Below are positions 1-4,611 of a stretch of DNA of 6,065 nt, piece by piece. Below the pieces are notes generated by a model, which saw only the letters and a list, made by a program, of their open reading frames with translations, was not told the origin of the DNA and did not search any database. Numbering within the stretch: the first letter of the stretch is position 1; every line of letters starts with the position of its first letter. Location: IMG/VR virus record IMGVR_UViG_3300020041_000006, positions 1 to 6,065 of that record. One strand, given 5' to 3'. Made by a program: the position numbers and the translations under genes. Source of the DNA: a virus.

Positions 1-121
1 ATATGTTGAGTATTCGTCCTGTTTATTACTGGTCAGGCATATACCCCGATTATCTTCATTATACTGGTCCTGATTACTTCAATCCGATTTATAATGATAT
101 CGGATATCAAGATGTTCCCGG
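1..121. repeat. Terminal redundancy, left copy. It is identical to 5945-6065 and marks a circular genome of 5,944 nt.
   Basis: Base-by-base comparison: atatgttgagtattcgtcct...gatgttcccgg occurs at 1-121 and again at 5945-6065 with no mismatch. The reading frame of the capsid gene is continuous across the junction. Confidence 0.95.
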
Positions 122-458
122 TTTCCAATTTGGTTTTGGGACTACGTCAGCTGCGGAGACTGTGGCCTACGAGCCTTGTTTTAACGAGTTTCGGTCTTCC
201 TATGATGAGGTTCTTGGCCAGTTGTCTCGATTCCAAGGAGGTCCCGACGCTAAACCTCTTTATTCTTATTGGGTTCAACAGCGCGTTTTGTCGGCAAGCT
301 ACAATCAGTATTATTCGCTCCTGTTTGTAGATATCAATCAAGTAAACTCGCCGTTTATTTCCAGGAGGGAGGATAATTTCTTTATCAACCTCTCGTACTC
401 TGTCCAGAAGAAGAATCTGGTCAATAAAACGTTTGCAACCCGTCTGTCTAACCGTTAA
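1..458 (+). CDS. VP1: Major capsid protein VP1, C-terminal 151 codons (5'-partial in this linearisation). The frame starts at nt 3 and the TAA stop is at 456-458.
   Basis: ORF 3-458 is the in-frame continuation of 4612-6065 through the 121-nt overlap. Its ATG at nt 3 is an internal Met (..GYMIDMLSIRPVYYW..). Confidence 0.93.
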   Translation, partial: MLSIRPVYYWSGIYPDYLHYTGPDYFNPIYNDIGYQDVPGFQFGFGTTSAAETVAYEPCFNEFRSSYDEVLGQLSRFQGGPDAKPLYSYWVQQRVLSASYNQYYSLLFVDINQVNSPFISRREDNFFINLSYSVQKKNLVNKTFATRLSNR

Positions 459-470
459 TATATTAATCTT

Positions 471-779
471 ATGGCACTTGATTGGTTACTTGATGATGCC
501 CCCGCTTATGTTTCTCGTGGCCAGCGCATTCTTTCCGTCCTTAATGGCTCTGGCTCCGTCGATGTTCTCCCCGGTCGTCCGGATGTAGTAGCAGGACCCT
601 CTGATTTTGATAAGGGTGAAAGGTTTAATCCCGAAATCGATTTTGACCCTAATTCGTTCTCTCGTATGGACAAGTTCGATGGCCTCGAGGTCGGACAGGA
701 ACTTATTGATAGTCAGTTAGATTCGAGCAAGGGCGACGGCTCGCAGTCCGCGAAAAAGTCGACTTCTGAAGAAAAATAG
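471..779 (+). CDS. Hypothetical small acidic protein, 102 aa. A scaffolding-like role is possible from position and charge only.
   Basis: ATG lies 12 nt after the VP1 stop. Third positions are T/C-rich like the neighbouring genes. About 20 Asp/Glu against 11 Lys/Arg. I recognise no family motif. Confidence 0.7.
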   Translation: MALDWLLDDAPAYVSRGQRILSVLNGSGSVDVLPGRPDVVAGPSDFDKGERFNPEIDFDPNSFSRMDKFDGLEVGQELIDSQLDSSKGDGSQSAKKSTSEEK

Positions 780-809
780 TACATCCTTTACTTGATGATA
801 TATGTTACG

Positions 810-887
810 TGCGCGGACCCCTTCTGTGAGAGTTCGTGAATCGCTGAAGGTTATTGGTAACGACTGCAGGAGAGGCCGCGCATTTTT
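810..887 (+). terminator. Long imperfect hairpin followed by a T5 run. It is either a terminator-like element or a structured ssDNA element in the intergenic region.
   Basis: TGCGCGG (810-816) pairs with CCGCGCA (876-882). The stem continues after an A817 bulge (818-819 with 874-875, 821-826 with 867-872, one T-G wobble). It is followed by TTTTT at 883-887. The 40-nt apical region is longer than in a textbook intrinsic terminator. Confidence 0.3.
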
Positions 888-912
888 CTATCGTTCTTTA
901 AATTTTGTTACG

Positions 913-1104
913 ATGTCTGATACTAAACAACCTTTTTATAAGTCGAAAGCTTTTTGGACGCTCGTTTCTTCCATTGTTGCTGCTTTGGCTGCCTTTTTTT
1001 TGTCATCGTGTGCTGCTCAGGCCAGGGTGCAGCGCAATGGCGTTCATATTGACACAGTACGTGTCGATTACATCATCCGTTCTAACAATTTAACTCGCAT
1101 TTAG
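913..1104 (+). CDS. Small lipoprotein precursor, 63 aa. It has a signal peptide with lipobox L-S-S-C, and the predicted mature lipopeptide is 31 aa. The ORF track extends it to an upstream ATG at 802.
   Basis: MSDTKQPFYKSKAFW (Lys-containing n-region), TLVSSIVAALAAFF (h-region), LSSC lipobox (nt 1000-1011, Cys codon 1009-1011), then CAAQARVQRNGVHIDTVRVDYIIRSNNLTRI. The TAG stop at 1102-1104 is 1 nt before the VP2 ATG. The 802-912 extension is Arg-rich, has mixed third-position usage and overlaps the 810-887 hairpin, so I prefer the start at 913. Confidence 0.65.
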   Translation: MSDTKQPFYKSKAFWTLVSSIVAALAAFFLSSCAAQARVQRNGVHIDTVRVDYIIRSNNLTRI

Positions 1105-1105
1105 T

Positions 1106-2353
1106 ATGGCTATTCCTGCTGCTTCCGCCACATCTTTTGGTCAAGCCCTCGGCCAGTCCGCCGCCTCCGCGGGTACTACCGGCCTGATCTCTGGTGCTCT
1201 TGGCCAGCTTTTCGGTGGTATGAACGCCCGCCGTCAATGGAAATATCAGCAAAAGCAGATGAAGCTTCAGCAACAGTACGCCCTCGAGCAAATGCAGAAG
1301 CAGTCTGAACTTTCCTATTCTAACTGGCAAAAACAGTTTGATTACGAAAACTCTTATAATGATCCTTCGAAAGTTTTTGATCGTTATTTGAAGGCTGGTG
1401 TGACGCCTGCCGCCGTTTTAGGCTCCTCAGGTGTCGGCGTGAATGCTACTATGTCGGGCGGCTCTGCCCCTATGCCTTCCGCTTCGGGCCCTTCGGGTGG
1501 CTCGCCCGTCGCCCCTGGCACCTTTGCTCCTACCAGTCCCACCGCTATTGCAGAGAATATGATTGCACAATCTACGGTTGACCGCAATACTGCTGCCGCC
1601 AATCGAGACGACGCCGAGGCCGACCTTATGAGAGGTAATACTCATAGTGCGGACTGGCGAAAGGAGATGGATAATCTGGAGAAGAAGTCCCTGGAGCATC
1701 ATATCGACAATGTTTCTGAATTAATTCGCCTTAATCGCGCTTTGGCTGATATTCATGCTGCTGACGCCGAGTACGCTGATCTTATGGCTACATACAAGTT
1801 TCAAGATTTTGTCGCTATGTATTCGAAACATGTTGAGGAGGCGATTCAGATCAAGAAGTACAATGACAAATATTTCGATTCTATTTACGCTGCCCAAATC
1901 GCCCGAGATTTTGCTGCTGCTTATGAATCTGCTGCCTCCGGTGATGTCTTAAACGTTGAGTCTGAAATACGTAAGGTCAACCTGGCTGATCTTCGTGAGT
2001 GGTTTAATCTCAATTGGGATTCAGAGGTTGACGTTCCCGAGGTTGATGAGAAAGGCAAACCTACCGGCAAGACAATGAAGATGACAGGTCGTCAGATTCA
2101 CCAGAGGCTTATGGGTCTCGCTGCTTCAGAAGGTGAGCAAGACCTTTCAGGTCGCTGGTTTCAGAATCGATCCAGTAAGAATGCTTTTGGTTACGGTTTG
2201 GCAAGAACCGCCTTGCTTGGCGCCATTGCTATCGCTGGCACGGCCGTTACGAAGCGTCCTACCCCTGTCGATTATGACGAAAGTAGAGAAATTTATAGCA
2301 GAGATGGCGAATACGCTGGAACTACGAGGGCTTCTCGTCGCTATGTAAGGTAA
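1106..2353 (+). CDS. VP2: VP2 minor capsid / DNA pilot protein, 415 aa.
   Basis: The N-terminus is rich in Gly/Ala/Ser (AIPAASATSFGQALGQSAASAGTTGLISGALGQLFGG). A Gln-rich segment follows, then the block YNDPSKVFDRYLKAGVTPAAVLG. That block matches the conserved VP2 motif of gokusho/alpa-like microviruses (N-x-P...R-[LY]-K-x-AG-[LV]-[NT]-P). Next come a long charged, helical-looking middle region and a C-terminal hydrophobic segment FGYGLARTALLGAIAIAGTAV. Confidence 0.9.
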   Translation: MAIPAASATSFGQALGQSAASAGTTGLISGALGQLFGGMNARRQWKYQQKQMKLQQQYALEQMQKQSELSYSNWQKQFDYENSYNDPSKVFDRYLKAGVTPAAVLGSSGVGVNATMSGGSAPMPSASGPSGGSPVAPGTFAPTSPTAIAENMIAQSTVDRNTAAANRDDAEADLMRGNTHSADWRKEMDNLEKKSLEHHIDNVSELIRLNRALADIHAADAEYADLMATYKFQDFVAMYSKHVEEAIQIKKYNDKYFDSIYAAQIARDFAAAYESAASGDVLNVESEIRKVNLADLREWFNLNWDSEVDVPEVDEKGKPTGKTMKMTGRQIHQRLMGLAASEGEQDLSGRWFQNRSSKNAFGYGLARTALLGAIAIAGTAVTKRPTPVDYDESREIYSRDGEYAGTTRASRRYVR

Positions 2354-2382
2354 AACTGAACAATCTTTTCGACTTTTCGACC

Positions 2383-2413
2383 TTTGCTGTTCACTCTCTT
2401 TGTTTTATATTTG
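2383..2413 (+). promoter_or_regulatory. Candidate Bacteroidota-type sigma-A promoter: -33 TTTG, 19-nt spacer, -7 TAtaTTTG.
   Basis: TTTG at 2383-2386 and TATATTTG at 2406-2413 match the Bacteroides consensus TTTG / TAnnTTTG with 19-nt spacing. The site lies in the 86-nt intergenic region, about 27 nt upstream of the ATG at 2440. Confidence 0.5.
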
Positions 2414-2439
2414 CATTGTAAACCAATAACCATATTACT

Positions 2440-2757
2440 ATGAAAACGAGTAAAAAGCGTAGTTTCTCAGATCTCACTATCGATGTTGTTGAGTACATGT
2501 TTACCGAATGGCTTGTCCGCCAAGGTTTATTTTCCATGTACAAAGCGAATTATGAGAAATTCTATCCAAATCATCGATCTTTTCGCGACAATTTGCGTGT
2601 TAAGATTCGCAATCTGAGCCGTTCGTCTCTTCTTGGTATTGAGAATCTCATTTCTACGTCTTTCCCGTTTACCATGACGTCGGAAGGTTATAACTTTTGG
2701 TTAGAGCAATCGAATCTCTGGCGACAGTTTTGTAAAAAATTTAAGTCTATTTTCTAA
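2440..2757 (+). CDS. Hypothetical basic protein, 105 aa, ORFan.
   Basis: ATG start and TAA stop. Third positions are T/C-rich. About 17 Lys/Arg against 9 Asp/Glu. The C-terminus carries an aromatic motif, FPFTMTSEGYNFWLEQSNLW. I cannot assign a family. Confidence 0.75.
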   Translation: MKTSKKRSFSDLTIDVVEYMFTEWLVRQGLFSMYKANYEKFYPNHRSFRDNLRVKIRNLSRSSLLGIENLISTSFPFTMTSEGYNFWLEQSNLWRQFCKKFKSIF

Positions 2758-2768
2758 ATTGTATTATT

Positions 2769-3092
2769 ATGATTCAAGTTCACGTCGTTATTCGCCGAAT
2801 TAACCCGGCTCTTAAAATCGACCTCGCCCAGATAGGTCGTGTCAAAGATGGTCATTTTGAACCCCTTCCTTTTAGCGCCCTTAAGGATACTCCCATTGCG
2901 CCTTTTCTAAAGAGTTCGCATATTAGCGATTCACTTTACGTCGATCATTCGGAAGTTTTCAACCTTATTGTCGCTTGTGGAGGTCTTTCCGGTTCTACTG
3001 TTGATTTTTTCGATAATACGATAGTACTCATTTTTGATTCTGAACTCAACTACGATGAAAGCACGACGAAAGAAGAAGGGACGAGGAACTAA
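2769..3092 (+). CDS. Hypothetical acidic protein, 107 aa, ORFan.
   Basis: ATG lies 11 nt after the previous stop. Same strand and codon style as the neighbours. No recognisable motif. Confidence 0.7.
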   Translation: MIQVHVVIRRINPALKIDLAQIGRVKDGHFEPLPFSALKDTPIAPFLKSSHISDSLYVDHSEVFNLIVACGGLSGSTVDFFDNTIVLIFDSELNYDESTTKEEGTRN

Positions 3093-3109
3093 AGTAGTGA
3101 CTCGCCCGC

Positions 3110-3538
3110 TTGGTGGAAAGGTTCTTTGATTACGAAGCTCCTGGGAGAGTTTTTTCTTCCCCAGGAGTTTTTGTCCTCAAACTCACCGAATTTATTCGGT
3201 ATATAGAGCGTGAAGTGGAGCCATGGAGCTCGAAGACGCGAAGCGTCCCGGCCGTTAAGGCCGTCGAGCGGCGTAACGAAACAGTTTTCGCGCTCGAAAG
3301 TACCGTCTTTCGAAGCGCAAAGTATTATTCTTCGATTATGGACACATTTGATTTTCGCCCTCGTTTTTCTCCTGTGATCGGCAGCACCCCCTACCGTTTT
3401 TCCATTGGAGCGTACCGCGGTAAAAAACGCGTTGTTATCGCCTGGTTTTCCGAGGAAGGACCCGCTAATGATTATCTTATTCGCTGTCGTCTTGATTATC
3501 CTGCTATCAAATTTGATTGTCTTAGAAGTTTTTTGTAA
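3110..3538 (+). CDS. Hypothetical protein of uncertain extent. It is 142 aa from TTG 3110, or 66 aa from the only in-frame ATG at 3338. Its stop overlaps the VP4 start.
   Basis: The frame is open from 3101. The TAATG overlap with the VP4 ATG (stop 3536-3538, ATG 3538-3540) suggests translational coupling. The 3' part (3338-3538) has T/C-rich third positions like the other genes. The 5' part has many A/G-ending codons, contains the terminator-like hairpin and the hairpin cluster, and starts only with TTG or GTG. Confidence 0.45.
   Translation: MVERFFDYEAPGRVFSSPGVFVLKLTEFIRYIEREVEPWSSKTRSVPAVKAVERRNETVFALESTVFRSAKYYSSIMDTFDFRPRFSPVIGSTPYRFSIGAYRGKKRVVIAWFSEEGPANDYLIRCRLDYPAIKFDCLRSFL
3138..3172 (+). 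terminator. Intrinsic-terminator-like hairpin: 8-bp GC-rich stem plus a T5 tract.
   Basis: CTCCTGGG (3138-3145) pairs perfectly with CCCAGGAG (3160-3167) across a 14-nt loop, followed by TTTTT (3168-3172). It is preceded by GAAG, which can pair with the T-tract. It sits 46 nt downstream of the stop at 3092. Confidence 0.4.
3185..3318 (+). other. Cluster of four further stem-loops in a locally GC-rich stretch. It is a candidate structured ssDNA or RNA element.
   Basis: ACCGAA-TTTA-TTCGGT (3185-3200). GACGC-GAA-GCGTC (3235-3247). CGGCC-GTTAA-GGCCG (3249-3263). GCGCTCGAAAG-TACCGT-CTTTCGA(A)GCGC (3290-3318; 11 bp with one bulge). My hand count over 3221-3320 gives about 59% G+C, visibly above the rest of the genome. 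Confidence 0.45.
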
Positions 3539-4608
3539 TGCCTTGTTCGTCACCCATATGGATACGCAATCGTCGCTATTTTGACAAGAAGAACCCTTGT
3601 CGCGATGGCTCTGATGTCGCGAAGTCTGCTTTAGCTCTCCGTCCTTGGGATATTGCCCGCCAGTGGCTTATGGTCCCTTGTGGAAAGTGCGAGGAATGTC
3701 TTCGTCGTCAACGCAATGATTGGTTTGTTCGTTTGGAACGCGAGCTCGCTCGTTGTAGGGCTGAATCTCAGCAAGTTATTTTTATTACGATAACTATAGC
3801 TCCTAAGTATTACGACGAAGCGCTGCAAGATCCCTCTAAGTTCATTCGACGATGGAATGAGCGTGTTCGCCATAAGCTCGGTCACTCTTTCAAGCATGCG
3901 TTTTTTCAGGAGTTTGGCACTCATCCAGAAACAGGATCGGCGCCGCGTCTTCATTTTCACGGCTTTCTTTTCGGGACCAATTGTATGTATAACGAAATTA
4001 GGTCGGCCGTCCGTGATTTAGGTTTCGTTTGGCTTGCAAGAGGCACGCATAAGCGCGCACGATACGTTGTCAAATACGTTACTAAGCAAATTTATTTTGA
4101 CCCTACAGAAATATCTAATCAAAATGTCGTTTTAGATGGAAAGTCTACATCTTTATCTTGCCTCCTCCAACATCGCCGTTATACGCGAAAATTCGTATCT
4201 GCTGGCGTTGGTGATTTTCTTGGTTACATGCCTCGTCCTTCTGCTCGTACTTCGACGTGGTCTTATTTTGATTTTGAGAAGCGCATCAATTACAATTACT
4301 CGATTCCTCGATATTACCTTAGGTACCTTAAACAAGAGGACGAAGTTTCGCGTTCGGTTGCTGCTGCTGATTCTTATGCACGTTTTAGCAAGTCTCCTTT
4401 GGTTAAACGTATTGTGTCTCTGTGTGTTGATCGGTTCAATCTCCATTCCTCCGTATCCCGTAGAGCGTCATATACGTGGGAACAAAAACAGATAATGCGC
4501 TTCGCTGCGTCCTCTCGCAAGATGCCGGATTTCGATCCTCCTACTTGGCTGGACTTGGACATTCTTCAATTCTGGCAAGATCATTACAAACTTCAACTAA
4601 TTACTTAA
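3538..4608 (+). CDS. VP4: VP4 replication initiation protein, 356 aa: an HUH rolling-circle endonuclease, phiX gpA-like.
   Basis: N-terminal MPCSSPIWIRN and VPCGKCEECLRRQ (Cys cluster, nt 3679-3699). Motif I is IFITITI. The HUH motif is LHFHGFLFG (nt 3949-3972). The double-Tyr catalytic motif is YVVKYVTK (nt 4063-4086), which has the same Y-V-x-K-Y-V-x-K pattern as phiX174 gpA. Confidence 0.95.
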   Translation: MPCSSPIWIRNRRYFDKKNPCRDGSDVAKSALALRPWDIARQWLMVPCGKCEECLRRQRNDWFVRLERELARCRAESQQVIFITITIAPKYYDEALQDPSKFIRRWNERVRHKLGHSFKHAFFQEFGTHPETGSAPRLHFHGFLFGTNCMYNEIRSAVRDLGFVWLARGTHKRARYVVKYVTKQIYFDPTEISNQNVVLDGKSTSLSCLLQHRRYTRKFVSAGVGDFLGYMPRPSARTSTWSYFDFEKRINYNYSIPRYYLRYLKQEDEVSRSVAAADSYARFSKSPLVKRIVSLCVDRFNLHSSVSRRASYTWEQKQIMRFAASSRKMPDFDPPTWLDLDILQFWQDHYKLQLIT

Positions 4609-4611
4609 TTT

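Noticed and set aside
94-341. ORFs 94-330 (+) and 147-341 (-) inside the VP1 C-terminal region
   Set aside because: They are short alternative-frame or antisense ORFs nested in a strongly supported capsid gene, and their products have no distinguishing features.
899-907. TAAATTTTG just upstream of the lipoprotein ATG as a second Bacteroides -7 box
   Set aside because: It is one base off the TAnnTTTG consensus, and there is no TTTG at the -33 position. It lies only about 6 nt from the ATG, which would require a leaderless transcript. That is too weak to annotate.
802-912. 37-codon N-terminal extension of the lipoprotein ORF (ATG at 802)
   Set aside because: The extension is Arg-rich (MLRARTPSVRVRESL..) and its third-position usage differs from the T/C-rich pattern of the neighbouring genes. 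It coincides with the long hairpin plus T5 at 810-887. It would also bury the signal peptide 37 residues from the N-terminus, which is incompatible with SPII processing. The start at 913 is preferred, but 802 cannot be excluded.
994-1001. T8 homopolymer inside the lipoprotein signal peptide (also T7 runs at 5251-5257 and 5724-5730)
   Set aside because: It could in principle act as a slippage or phase-variation site that truncates the lipoprotein before its lipobox. However, it simply encodes Phe-Phe-Leu in a T-rich genome. No population data are available from a single sequence.
905-1093. 62-aa + strand ORF (TTG start) overlapping the lipoprotein gene in another frame
   Set aside because: It starts with TTG and is fully nested. 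Its hydrophobicity is explained by T-rich third positions of the overlapped frame. The lipoprotein frame has a far more specific signal (the lipobox).
1082-1702. Minus-strand ORFs 1082-1330, 1384-1602 and 1427-1702 antisense to VP2
   Set aside because: They lie antisense to the GC-rich Gly/Ala/Pro-coding part of VP2, where stops are scarce. The translations are low-complexity Gly/Arg/Ala-rich, and the strand is wrong for this phage family.
1755-2348. + strand alternative-frame ORFs 1755-1952 and 2133-2348 within VP2
   Set aside because: They are short (65-71 aa) and nested with no motifs. Their length is within what is expected from compositional stop depletion.
3413-3422. 10-bp perfect palindrome TACCGCGGTA
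   Set aside because: It is an isolated short palindrome inside the better-supported 3' part of the ORF. One such palindrome is expected by chance in about 6 kb, and no flanking structure accompanies it.
3089-3553. 154-aa minus-strand ORF antisense to ORF 3110-3538 and overlapping the VP4 start
   Set aside because: It is in exact codon register with the + frame (a classic shadow ORF) and starts with GTG. Its product has no recognisable features. Every identifiable gene is on the + strand, as expected for Microviridae, which transcribe one strand only. The unusual two-strand openness is reported as a finding rather than as a gene.
3631-4562. Minus-strand ORFs 3631-3960, 4153-4446 and 4374-4562 antisense to VP4
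   Set aside because: They are antisense shadows of a well-supported gene. The translations are basic and low-complexity, and the strand is wrong.
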